Of a DNA stretch of 59,451 nt, positions 26,579 to 35,619 are shown one piece after another (the first letter of the stretch is position 1; every line of letters starts with the position of its first letter). A program made the position numbers and the translations under genes. The stretch spans positions 1 to 59,451 of IMG/VR virus record IMGVR_UViG_3300031281_000002; one strand, 5' to 3'. This stretch comes from a virus (lineage: Duplodnaviria; Caudoviricetes). Below the pieces are notes generated by a model. The model made no database searches. It worked only from the letters and a program-made list of their open reading frames with translations, and had not been told where the DNA came from.

Positions 26579-27451
26579 ATGAAAGGACAAATGTTAATTA
26601 ACGAAAATCAAATAATTGAAAATGAACTAGATTACCTTATTAAAAAATCTATATTAAGATTAAAAACATTTGAACCTGAAGATAATTATTGGCTTGCTTT
26701 TTCAGGCGGTAAAGATTCAATTATTATACATGATTTAGCTTTAAAAGCTGGAGTAAAATTTGAAGCAAATTATAATATAACAACTGTAGACCCACCAGAA
26801 CTTATTTATTATATTCGCGAAAAATATAAAAATGTTAAACATAATATGCCTCCTGACAATATGACTATGTGGAAACTTATAATTAAAAAGAAAATGCCTC
26901 CAACACGATTAATGAGATATTGTTGTCAATATTTTAAGGAAGCAGGAGGCGATGGTAGAACTGTTGTAACTGGAGTAAGATGGGATGAATCTAACAAAAG
27001 AAAAAAGAAAAGAGCTGCAATTGAAGCGAATGCAATGAGAAAATACGTTATAAAAACAAATGACAACGAAGAAGGGAGACATATTTTTGAAAATTGTAAT
27101 ATGAGAAGCAAACATATAATAAATCCAATTATAGACTGGAAAGATTATCATATTTGGGAATATATAAAAAAATATAAATTAGATTATTGCAAATTATATG
27201 ACGAAGGATGGAATAGATTAGGATGTGTTGGCTGTCCGATGCAGGGTAAAAAAGCGATTAAGGAATTTAATCGCTGGCCTAAAATAAAAGAACAATACAT
27301 AAGAACATTTGAAAAAATGATTGAAAAAAGAATTGAAGATGGATTAAAAACAACTTGGAAAACTGGTCAAGAAGTTTTTGACTGGTGGATTTGTGAAAAT
27401 GAAAAACAAAAAGAATATATTTGTGATGGTCAAATAAGTTTATTTAAATGA
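26579..27451 (+). CDS. PAPS-reductase (CysH/DndC-like) family protein with Fe-S cysteines
   Basis: AFSGGKDS PP-loop, RYCC..FKE, GVRWDES..R, RLGCVGCP. Confidence 0.85.
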   Translation: MKGQMLINENQIIENELDYLIKKSILRLKTFEPEDNYWLAFSGGKDSIIIHDLALKAGVKFEANYNITTVDPPELIYYIREKYKNVKHNMPPDNMTMWKLIIKKKMPPTRLMRYCCQYFKEAGGDGRTVVTGVRWDESNKRKKKRAAIEANAMRKYVIKTNDNEEGRHIFENCNMRSKHIINPIIDWKDYHIWEYIKKYKLDYCKLYDEGWNRLGCVGCPMQGKKAIKEFNRWPKIKEQYIRTFEKMIEKRIEDGLKTTWKTGQEVFDWWICENEKQKEYICDGQISLFK

Positions 27452-27591
27452 GGTGATAAAGATTAATAAAATTATTTATAATATGATTTTGAAAAAAGAA
27501 AGTATTTTTGAAATATCTGAAATAACAGGATATACAATGTCTAATATTATGAATTTATTAAAACATAAAAGATTTGTATGGAGGAATGTAA

Positions 27592-27774
27592 ATGAAAGGA
27601 ATAACTTACAAGCAGATAATAGGATATTTTTTAGAGCTGAAAAGGAGAGATAAAGATTGTATTTTGTCAAAGGATGAATTAATAAAAGAGTGTGAAAAGA
27701 TGTTCGATTTAAATTCTAATGATTGGGAAGTTATTGGAGGACATTGGATGAGGATGGATTTATATATAAAGTGA
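27592..27774 (+). CDS. Hypothetical protein
   Basis: GGAGG RBS; stop lies in the junction repeat. Confidence 0.45.
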   Translation: MKGITYKQIIGYFLELKRRDKDCILSKDELIKECEKMFDLNSNDWEVIGGHWMRMDLYIK

Positions 27775-27784
27775 GGTAAGAAAG

Positions 27785-28033
27785 ATGAAACCTGTTGAAT
27801 TTACTAAAGTTACGAAAAAATATATCCAGAACAAAGTAAATGAATACGAAAATATAATAGCACCTGAATCAAGAGATATTTTATATAACAAAACTTTAGA
27901 AATTTTAAAAAAAGAAAGGATAAAACTTTCAGATATGAAAGCCATTACATACTGGTTAGGAAAAGGATTTATACAAATAGCTTTTTATACAAAAGATAGG
28001 TATTTTACAAGAGATTTTGAGGTGTATAGATAA
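27785..28033 (+). CDS. Hypothetical protein
   Basis: Start at the junction repeat. Confidence 0.5.
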   Translation: MKPVEFTKVTKKYIQNKVNEYENIIAPESRDILYNKTLEILKKERIKLSDMKAITYWLGKGFIQIAFYTKDRYFTRDFEVYR

Positions 28034-28344
28034 TGGACATTAAAGAAATATTAAATTTAAAACAAGAGCAATTGGACTTATATATTATTAAAATAAAAGA
28101 GATTCAGGAAGATATAAAGTTTTACAAAAGTTTAATTAATAGAAATATTAAAAGTATAAATTATGACAAAATAACAGACCAAGAACTTAAAATTATATTA
28201 TATGTTCAGAAAGGATTGATTAATAAAGAAATTGCGGCAGAAACTAATTTAAGTATAAACACTATAAAAAAACATCTTTCAAACATTTATTTAAAAACTG
28301 GTTTGAATAGATATGAGCTTATTAAATTTAATGAATATAAGTGA
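28033..28344 (+). CDS. LuxR/GerE-type HTH protein
   Basis: ITDQELKIILYVQKGLINKEIAAETNLSINTIKKHLSNIYLKTG. Confidence 0.8.
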   Translation: MDIKEILNLKQEQLDLYIIKIKEIQEDIKFYKSLINRNIKSINYDKITDQELKIILYVQKGLINKEIAAETNLSINTIKKHLSNIYLKTGLNRYELIKFNEYK

Positions 28345-28354
28345 GGTGAGAAAG

Positions 28355-28537
28355 ATGAAAGACTTTAGTCAGGAATTTTATAATTGGCTGTTGGAAGAAA
28401 ATGAAAGCTTGGAAGACAAAGCGAAAAACGACGACATTGGTATAAGAGTAGGTTTTGGTAATCAGTTGATTTTTCTTAATAAAACTATAAAAAATATAAA
28501 GAAATATGTTTTGGGGAGGAAGTTGAGAAATGAATAA
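28355..28537 (+). CDS. Hypothetical protein
   Basis: Start at the junction repeat. Confidence 0.45.
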   Translation: MKDFSQEFYNWLLEENESLEDKAKNDDIGIRVGFGNQLIFLNKTIKNIKKYVLGRKLRNE

Positions 28538-28672
28538 CATGTTTAAAGAGTAAAGGAATTACAGGGAGAAAAAACGCTAGAATTGATTTGAATATGAAAT
28601 TAATAAAAATATACTATAAAAATTTAAATCGACTCTAGGTATATTTTTGGAAGGAATAGAAGGGGTGATTGA

Positions 28673-28915
28673 ATGATATTATTAAATTTACATAAAGCAA
28701 AATCATTTAGCTTTCATAAAAAACTAATGGACGATCCAATGTTTGAACATTATATAAATTTATATGGATATCCATATGTTTTAAGAAATAGCTATAACGA
28801 AGACGGTACTGTTGGAAGAGCATATTTACAATGGAAAAATGGTTTAATATATTCTGTTAGACATTTAGGATGTGATCCAGTTGTAACAATACACAAGGAG
28901 GAAGATGATGAGTAA
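28673..28915 (+). CDS. Hypothetical protein
   Basis: GGGGTG RBS; coupled to the next gene. Confidence 0.5.
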   Translation: MILLNLHKAKSFSFHKKLMDDPMFEHYINLYGYPYVLRNSYNEDGTVGRAYLQWKNGLIYSVRHLGCDPVVTIHKEEDDE

Positions 28916-29144
28916 AAATAATTGGAAATGGACAAATATTGATACAGGTGAAATTATTGAAACTAAAGAAAGAGATATTGAAAAATGCACTAAATGTGGA
29001 GCAGATTATGACAATTTACATAACAATAGATATAAAGACTTGGAAGTTATCGCGAGAAATGATAATTTTGAAGATGTAAGCATTTGTATAAAAATGGTTT
29101 ATTGCAGCATTTGTTGTGAATTGTGGATAAGACAAGATTATTGA
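28905..29144 (+). CDS. Zinc-ribbon hypothetical protein
   Basis: CTKC...CSIC. Confidence 0.5.
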   Translation: MMSKNNWKWTNIDTGEIIETKERDIEKCTKCGADYDNLHNNRYKDLEVIARNDNFEDVSICIKMVYCSICCELWIRQDY

Positions 29145-29161
29145 GGAGGAGTGTGATTTAA

Positions 29162-29443
29162 ATGGCACATATAGATTGTTGTACTGATGAAAACGGAAAT
29201 ATTCATGAAAAAGATATTAAATGCGATAAATGCGGGGATTATTTTTGTAAAGTTTGTATAAATGATAAAGTAGAACATCAATGTGAAAAGAAGATTATGA
29301 ATATTGATATTGTATTTGATAATGATTCTAAGAATTTTATATTTAGAATTAAAACAAAAGATGATTATAACCAATTTTTTGCAGAATTGAAAGATATAAA
29401 AATTATTACTAATGCAGTAACAAAGATGAGTTTTAATAAATAA
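29162..29443 (+). CDS. Cys-rich hypothetical protein
   Basis: CDKC...CKVC...HQC; GAGGAGG RBS. Confidence 0.5.
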   Translation: MAHIDCCTDENGNIHEKDIKCDKCGDYFCKVCINDKVEHQCEKKIMNIDIVFDNDSKNFIFRIKTKDDYNQFFAELKDIKIITNAVTKMSFNK

Positions 29444-29449
29444 TTCTAT

Positions 29450-29478
29450 TTGACATTAGACGAAAATAGTTGTATAAT
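29450..29478 (+). promoter_or_regulatory. Consensus sigma-A promoter
   Basis: TTGACA-ttagacgaaaatagttg-TATAAT. Confidence 0.8.
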
Positions 29479-29510
29479 TATATTAAATATTAAATTTAAA
29501 GGAGATTATT

Positions 29511-29810
29511 ATGAAAATTAAAATTAAGGAAACTGACAAGGCTAAAGTATTATCAACATTATATAATTCATCAAAACAACAAGGTATGGGATTTTTAGAT
29601 AGTAGAGGACAATATCAAATGACTGAAGAAGAAGCACAAAAATTATTATCTAATCAAACTTATTTTGATTATGTTTATGGGAGAGTAATGAAAATTGATT
29701 TATCATTATGCGAGTTTGATACATGGTTATATGATAGAGATAATGGTGAAAAAGCTGCTGCTCTAGCACTTAGTAATAATAATATAATGTATGAAGTAAT
29801 TGAGGGGTAA
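29511..29810 (+). CDS. Conserved phage hypothetical protein
   Basis: LYN.S..QGMGFL...YFDYVYGRVMKIDL...LYDRDNG. Confidence 0.65.
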   Translation: MKIKIKETDKAKVLSTLYNSSKQQGMGFLDSRGQYQMTEEEAQKLLSNQTYFDYVYGRVMKIDLSLCEFDTWLYDRDNGEKAAALALSNNNIMYEVIEG

Positions 29811-30077
29811 CTATATGAAAATATATTGTGAATATGGAGAGCATAATGTTAACGAAGAAGAAATAGATATAGGAACTGGGTATATAGTTTGCAAGAGCTG
29901 TATGAAAAAGGTCGATGAAGAAAGGGTAAAGAAAATAGAAAAATATTTTGGTAACGTGCAGAAGTTATCGGTTGACGGCCGATAACTTCACAAAAAATAA
30001 TTTATAAGGGATTTGATTGTTTAATAGTTTATATGATTATACAATCAATTTCCTTATAAATCAAGGGGGATTTAGCA

Positions 30078-30269
30078 ATGAGAATTATTTATAATTATAG
30101 TACAGCCGATTGTGAAAACATAGAAGGGTATGAAATTTTACCAGAGGAATTTTATACTCCAGTTACAAAAGTAATGGACATAAATAAGATTGAGGCAGCA
30201 GAATACGAGAACTTTTTAGTAAGTTCAGGATATTATAAAACATTTGATTTTGTAAAGGAGGCTATTTGA
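30078..30269 (+). CDS. Hypothetical protein
   Basis: AAGGGGG RBS; preceded by a long inverted repeat at about 30000-30061. Confidence 0.45.
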   Translation: MRIIYNYSTADCENIEGYEILPEEFYTPVTKVMDINKIEAAEYENFLVSSGYYKTFDFVKEAI

Positions 30270-31033
30270 TGGATACCGAAATGAAAGAATTAAATATTTA
30301 TCAAAAAATTTCTGTATTACAGGATATTGTAAAAGTAAATAAAGATAAAGTAAATGAATTTGCTAATTTTAAATATAGAACTATACAAAATATTTTAGAA
30401 GAAGTTAAGCCAACATTAAAAGATTTGGATTTAATAATACATTTTGGATCTGGAAAGTTAGACGGAGAAAAATATATATTAGATATGGTTATAACAGATA
30501 TAAACAAACCAGATAATCAAATAATAGAGACTGGAGAAATATACATTGACCGGACTAAAGCAAAAATGGATTTATCACAGAAATGCTTATCAGCTAAAAC
30601 ATTTTTGAAAAAAACAATGCTAGAGGATTTATTATTGATTAGTGAAGATACAGATCCAGATTCACATGACAATAGAAATAACGAAACTATTGATGGTATG
30701 AAAAAAGCAAATGAAAGAATTAAAAATGATTATGATGATTTAGTTGAAAAATTTAAAATTCTTAAAGAAAAATACAAAGAATTAGAATCACTTAAGCATT
30801 CACTTCCAGAAAATACAGAAGATGAAAACAATATATTAATAAATGATAAACAATTAAAACTACTTTGTACACTTCAAACAAATGCTAAAGTATCAGACGA
30901 AGCTTTAAAAAACTATTTAATAAAAACATTTAAAATAGATTCAAGAAAAAAATTAACTATTATGCAGCTTGAAAATGTTGTTAAAAAGTTAAATGCAACT
31001 ATAAAAGAAAATAAGAAAAAGGAAGTATCTTAA
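30266..31033 (+). CDS. ERF-family single-strand annealing protein
   Basis: NFKYRTIQNILEEVKP ... EDTDPDS. Confidence 0.65.
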   Translation: MMDTEMKELNIYQKISVLQDIVKVNKDKVNEFANFKYRTIQNILEEVKPTLKDLDLIIHFGSGKLDGEKYILDMVITDINKPDNQIIETGEIYIDRTKAKMDLSQKCLSAKTFLKKTMLEDLLLISEDTDPDSHDNRNNETIDGMKKANERIKNDYDDLVEKFKILKEKYKELESLKHSLPENTEDENNILINDKQLKLLCTLQTNAKVSDEALKNYLIKTFKIDSRKKLTIMQLENVVKKLNATIKENKKKEVS

Positions 31034-31055
31034 GATACTTCCTGTGAGGTGAAAA

Positions 31056-31610
31056 ATGAAAAAATACACAGTAATAGACATCGAAACAACTGGATTCAAA
31101 CCAGAAGAAGGAGCAGAAATAACAGAAATAGCAGGTTGCAACTGCGTAGATGGTGAAGTGTTAACAAGTTTTTCAAGTACAGTTAAAATAACTGGTATAG
31201 TAACAGAATTTATAAGAGAATTAACAGGTATAACTAATGACATGGTTAAAAATTCTGAATGCTTAGAAAAGGTATTTATTGATTTTATGGATAGTTTGAG
31301 TATTGATAAAGATACTAATTTAGTAATACATAATGCTGAGTTTGATTTTAATTTTATAATTTATCATATTACAAGAAATTCAATCATTCCTAAAAATTAT
31401 ATTGATAGATTTAAAAGCGTAAATATTATTTGTAGCTTAGAATTATCAAGAAAATTATTATCTGGAAGTCATAAATTAGAAGATTTAAAGAAAAGATTTG
31501 GCATAAATACAAAAAGTCATAGAGCTTTAAATGATGTACTTGTGACTAATAAAATTTATACTAAATTGCTGGAATTGGAGGCTGAAAATGACAATAAAAC
31601 AAATTTGTAA
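31056..31610 (+). CDS. DnaQ-like 3'-5' exonuclease
   Basis: VIDIETTG, HNAEFD, SHRALNDV (DEDDh). Confidence 0.88.
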   Translation: MKKYTVIDIETTGFKPEEGAEITEIAGCNCVDGEVLTSFSSTVKITGIVTEFIRELTGITNDMVKNSECLEKVFIDFMDSLSIDKDTNLVIHNAEFDFNFIIYHITRNSIIPKNYIDRFKSVNIICSLELSRKLLSGSHKLEDLKKRFGINTKSHRALNDVLVTNKIYTKLLELEAENDNKTNL

Positions 31611-31863
31611 AAATGATTTAAATGTATTATATATTAGTATATCTGGAGGCCATTATAATTTTAGTGGAAATATAATTTTAAGTGATAATGAAACTGTAAA
31701 AGATTATGTTATGAAAAAATTTGATATTGATTTAGATGAATTACAAGAAATGCAAATTACAACAATGAAATCTAATCTAGAATCAACTTTTATAAAAGAT
31801 TTGTCTGTTGCTGATTTTATGAAAGTTAATGAGTATATGCTAAGTATTAGAGATAGAAGGTGA
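31588..31863 (+). CDS. Hypothetical protein
   Basis: GGAGG RBS; 29 bp of its 5' end is duplicated at 31870. Confidence 0.5.
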   Translation: MTIKQICKNDLNVLYISISGGHYNFSGNIILSDNETVKDYVMKKFDIDLDELQEMQITTMKSNLESTFIKDLSVADFMKVNEYMLSIRDRR

Positions 31864-32122
31864 GGGCGTTGACAATAAAACAAATTTGTAAAAATGATGA
31901 AAATGGGAATACGAATTTCAGTAAGTATTTTGAAAGAAATTTGAAAAATATGATGAGGGTACTTGCTAAGAGGAGGAAGAAATGAACATAGAAGAAAGAA
32001 TGGTGAACTATTAACTGATAATGGAATGTTTCAAAGGTATTTCGCCCGCTGTGGTTGAAATATCTTTTTACATTTAGTATAATATAAATATTGTTATTAA
32101 TCAGAAATAATAGTTTTCAAAT

Positions 32123-32153
32123 AAAAAGTCTTTGTCGTCGCAGAGGCTTTTTT
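32123..32153. terminator. Terminator
   Basis: AAAAAGTCTTTG...CAGAGGCTTTTT. Confidence 0.65.
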
Positions 32154-32160
32154 ATTTTAT

Positions 32161-32189
32161 TTGACGTTTTATATTATTTGACATATAAT
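32161..32189 (+). promoter_or_regulatory. Sigma-A promoter upstream of the structured RNA and packaging genes
   Basis: TTGACG-17 bp-TATAAT. Confidence 0.65.
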
Positions 32190-32224
32190 ATTGTTAGTCA
32201 ATCATTACATTATGTGAAGTAAGA

Positions 32225-32293
32225 TGTCATATCCTATAGAGTACTTGGAGGCACTGGTTTACTGGGAAGCGGGTTCGAATCCTGCTATGGCAT
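32225..32293 (+). ncRNA. tRNA-like element lacking a normal anticodon arm
   Basis: Acceptor stem TGTCATA/TATGGCA; T-arm GCGGG-TTCGAAT-CCTGC. Confidence 0.5.
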
Positions 32294-32435
32294 TAAAACC
32301 AACGTAGCTGAAGGTTGCGTAATTCAACGACTACGATATCAAGAATTACGGCCGAGCGTAACGGTTTATAGGGATAGCTGGACATTCCAATATTACGCAA
32401 TTCCAGCACTTAATAACAAAATAAAGGATAAAGAA

Positions 32436-32648
32436 ATGATAACAATGTGGACTAGAAAAATTAATAAAAAATACGAAAAGATAAAAAAAGGTTGCGAGAA
32501 AAAGAATATTACACTAAAAGAACTGTGTAAAATACTTGGAATGTCTCGACAGAATTTATATGCAATGGTTCACAGAGGCAGGCTTAAGAATGAGTATGTT
32601 GAAATTATAAATAAGAAATTAGATATAAATTATAATGAACAAAAATAA
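32436..32648 (+). CDS. HTH protein
   Basis: ITLKELCKILGMSRQNLY. Confidence 0.7.
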   Translation: MITMWTRKINKKYEKIKKGCEKKNITLKELCKILGMSRQNLYAMVHRGRLKNEYVEIINKKLDINYNEQK

Positions 32649-32708
32649 AATTTAGTGTAAAATCATACACAGACCAGTTAATGGTCTTTTTTAGAATAAG
32701 GTGGTTTT

Positions 32709-33251
32709 ATGACTAACAATAAAAAAAATAAGCGAGGAAGAAAAAGTAAATATTATACTCATGTAGAACCGAAACTTGACTTGATTGAAGATTGGAGACA
32801 AAAAGGAGATACGGAGGAACAAATATCAAATAAATTAGGAATATCTTATAAATCATTAAATGAATATAAATTAAAATTTCCACAATTTACACAAGTACTA
32901 AGGGCGTCAAAAGAAAGATTGGCAATAAATCTCAAAAAAAGTTTATGGAAAGAAGCTTTAGGATATGAGTATGAAGAGGTAAAAAAAACAGAGGAAAAAA
33001 GTTATTTAGGCAATAAAACAAAAACTGAGAAAACTAAAAAGAAATTTAGAGGACAGCCGAATTTATTAATATTTGCCTTATGTAATTTGTTACCAGATGA
33101 ATTTAAGAGGATTGATAAAGAGATAATTAAAGAATTAGAGGATAAAATTGACGAGAAACTTGAATATAATAATGACATATTCAAAAAAGAGTTTGAAAAG
33201 TTATTTCCAAAAAAGAATATAAAAACAGATAAAGAAACTGGAAAGAAATAA
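32709..33251 (+). CDS. terS: Terminase small subunit
   Basis: GRKSKY, HTH, LWKEALGYEYEE, LIFALCN; directly before terL. Confidence 0.75.
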   Translation: MTNNKKNKRGRKSKYYTHVEPKLDLIEDWRQKGDTEEQISNKLGISYKSLNEYKLKFPQFTQVLRASKERLAINLKKSLWKEALGYEYEEVKKTEEKSYLGNKTKTEKTKKKFRGQPNLLIFALCNLLPDEFKRIDKEIIKELEDKIDEKLEYNNDIFKKEFEKLFPKKNIKTDKETGKK

Positions 33252-33270
33252 AAGGATATAGGTAGCTTTA

Positions 33271-35607
33271 ATGTCACATATAGAATTAAGAGATATTGTA
33301 ACAAATATTACAGATTGGGATCATAAACTTGGTATAGCTCCAAGAACATTTGAACAATTTTATTTTTGGATAAATGAATTTTTTGGATATTACATACCTT
33401 ATTCTAATGAAAAACCGTGTGAAGGACATTCTTATCCTTTATCTGCAATGTGGGAAGCTTATGCCGAAATAACACCGATGGCTATATGGTATGCAAATAG
33501 AGCGGGTGGGAAAACATATGATTTATCTGTTTTATCATTTATGGAATCTATATTTAAAAAAAATTGCGGGATAAATATATTAGGTGGTTCATTAGACCAG
33601 GCACAAAAAGCAATATCGTATTTAACAGAATTTTGGGATTTTCCTAATGCACCAACACATTTATTAGTTGGAAATCAAGTATCTAAAAGAGGATATAAAT
33701 TAACTAATGGGTCATGGGTAAGAGCGTTAGCGGCGAGTTCTAAATCAGTAAGAGGAAGCCATCAACCTAAATTGCGAATTGACGAATGCTTGACAGGTGA
33801 CACATTAATAAAAACAACACATGGATATAAAAAAATAATAGAAATAAATAACAAAGATATAGTATATGGATGGAACGGTGTTAAAATAAAAAAATGTATG
33901 GTACAATATAATTGTTATATGGGTGAGAGAAAAACATATAAAATTTTTTTCTCTAACGGTAAATATATAAATTGTACTGAAAACCATAAAATTTTAACAA
34001 CGAAAGGATATAGAAATTTAAATGAAATCAGAAGGTGGAAATGTAAGGGTGAATCAATCTTTGTTATCGGTGAACGTAAAAAGTTGTTTAATGTGTGGAA
34101 AAAAATTAAATTTAAAAAGAAAATATACAACAGGATATTGCCAAGAATGTTATATAAAATTAAATTCTGTACCAAAAAAATATTGTCAAGATTGCAAAAA
34201 AGAAATAACAAAAAATTCAACGATATGCAGAAGTTGCTATGCAAAAAGAAGAAAAGCAAAGAAACCAAAATGTATAGAATGTGGAAAAGAATTGAGGCAT
34301 ATTGCAAAACGTTGCAAAAAATGCTATTTAAAACACCTTTCGAAAATAGGAATGGATTCAAGAATGGCAAAGGCAAGAGCGACAGCATTGAAGAAAAATC
34401 CAACAAAAGCAGAAATACAAGCATCAGAATTATTAGAATATTTAAAAATATCATATCAATCACAAGTACCATTTGGAAGATACATAGTAGATTTTTTATG
34501 CAAAGATTTAAATTTAATAATAGAGGTACATGGAGAATATTGGCACAACAGAGAAAAGACGATAAAAATAGACGAAAGAAAGAAAATATTTTTAGAAAAA
34601 GAAGGATACAAAGTTCTGGTATTAAAAACAACATTAATGCATTTATGGTTTTCAAAAATTATGAAGTTTATGAAATAGTAAATATAAAAGATGATAAAAT
34701 AAATAAAGTTTATGATTTGAAAATTAAAGGGCTTAAATCATTTTTAGCAAATGGAATAATAGTTCACAATTGCGATGAACTTGATAAAAATATATACTTA
34801 GCGGCTTTGGGGCAGCCAAAAACAATGAATGGAATTCCAGAAAATATAATTATATCATCAACATTGCATCAACCATTTGGTTTAATGAGTGAAATAGTTG
34901 AATCAAAAGATGATATAGGAGCAAAATTATTTAAATGGTGTGTTAAAGAAGTTCAAGAACCACACGGATATTGGAAAGAAGCAGAAATAAAATTAAAAAA
35001 AAGACAGATTACAAAAGCGATGTTCGATGCTGAATATTTATGCCTCCGTCCTAAAATCGGAGATACAATATTCGATTTTGAATCTGTAGATAGGTCCTAT
35101 AGAAGAGGAATTAAAGATAAATATAATAAAAAATTATATACAGAAGCAGGAATCGATTGGGGTTATGCGGTTACAGCAATGAGTATTATACAGGACACTA
35201 AAGAAATATTTACAAATCCTATTACTAAAACTTTTGAGTATATTGAATTGACAGATAGGTGTAGAGAAATAGCTGATTTATGTATAGAATATGATATAAA
35301 GATAATTTATTGTGATAGCAATCCAAAAGACAGTAATATTACATTAAAAAAGATACTTAAAGAAAAAAGATGCCAAACAGAATTGATTACAATAGCATTT
35401 AATAAATGGAAAGATGTTGGAATAAATGTGATAAGATTATTATTAGAAAAAAATAGGCTTAATATAACTGACAAAACAGCACAGGAAAAATGTAAAAAAT
35501 ATCATTATAAGAATCCTGAACAGGGTATTATTGCGAAAGAAGATGATCATATTCCAGATAGTTTAATTGCGTGGGGTAGTTCAAGGCATCATTTATTAGG
35601 AATATAA
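33271..35607 (+). CDS. terL: Terminase large subunit containing an intein
   Basis: Walker A NRAGGKT, VRG, Walker B LRIDE split by the intein, nuclease GIDWG and DDHIPDS. Confidence 0.9.
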   Translation: MSHIELRDIVTNITDWDHKLGIAPRTFEQFYFWINEFFGYYIPYSNEKPCEGHSYPLSAMWEAYAEITPMAIWYANRAGGKTYDLSVLSFMESIFKKNCGINILGGSLDQAQKAISYLTEFWDFPNAPTHLLVGNQVSKRGYKLTNGSWVRALAASSKSVRGSHQPKLRIDECLTGDTLIKTTHGYKKIIEINNKDIVYGWNGVKIKKCMVQYNCYMGERKTYKIFFSNGKYINCTENHKILTTKGYRNLNEIRRWKCKGESIFVIGERKKLFNVWKKIKFKKKIYNRILPRMLYKIKFCTKKILSRLQKRNNKKFNDMQKLLCKKKKSKETKMYRMWKRIEAYCKTLQKMLFKTPFENRNGFKNGKGKSDSIEEKSNKSRNTSIRIIRIFKNIISITSTIWKIHSRFFMQRFKFNNRGTWRILAQQRKDDKNRRKKENIFRKRRIQSSGIKNNINAFMVFKNYEVYEIVNIKDDKINKVYDLKIKGLKSFLANGIIVHNCDELDKNIYLAALGQPKTMNGIPENIIISSTLHQPFGLMSEIVESKDDIGAKLFKWCVKEVQEPHGYWKEAEIKLKKRQITKAMFDAEYLCLRPKIGDTIFDFESVDRSYRRGIKDKYNKKLYTEAGIDWGYAVTAMSIIQDTKEIFTNPITKTFEYIELTDRCREIADLCIEYDIKIIYCDSNPKDSNITLKKILKEKRCQTELITIAFNKWKDVGINVIRLLLEKNRLNITDKTAQEKCKKYHYKNPEQGIIAKEDDHIPDSLIAWGSSRHHLLGI
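33787..34770 (+). mobile_element. Intein (328 aa) inserted at the terminase Walker B motif
   Basis: Block A CLTGDTLI, block B CTENH, blocks F/G VYDLKI...FLANGIIVHN followed by Cys+1. Confidence 0.92.
34022..34678 (+). CDS. Zinc-finger plus Vsr/DUF559-like endonuclease, overprinted in the +1 frame inside the intein
   Basis: CxxC repeats; PTKAE...QVPFGRYIVDF...IIEVHGEYWH...D..K...L...GYKVL. Confidence 0.8.
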   Translation: MKSEGGNVRVNQSLLSVNVKSCLMCGKKLNLKRKYTTGYCQECYIKLNSVPKKYCQDCKKEITKNSTICRSCYAKRRKAKKPKCIECGKELRHIAKRCKKCYLKHLSKIGMDSRMAKARATALKKNPTKAEIQASELLEYLKISYQSQVPFGRYIVDFLCKDLNLIIEVHGEYWHNREKTIKIDERKKIFLEKEGYKVLVLKTTLMHLWFSKIMKFMK

Positions 35608-35619
35608 TTTGGAGGTTTT

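Larger units (their letters stand above)
25591..28357 (+). repeat. Dispersed gene-junction repeat AAGTGAGGTGAGAAAGATG (6-7 copies)
   Basis: Copies at about 25591, 25892, 26080, 26340, 26562, 27768 and 28339. Confidence 0.75.

Noticed and set aside
26579-27451. Sulfate assimilation auxiliary metabolic gene (cysH)
   Set aside because: No other sulfur-pathway genes; family membership alone does not establish that activity
32225-32293. Functional tRNA gene
   Set aside because: No canonical anticodon stem-loop could be drawn and the D-arm is weak
33915-34655. 246-aa antisense ORF within the intein
   Set aside because: L/F-rich with no motifs; likely a shadow of stop avoidance in the two sense frames
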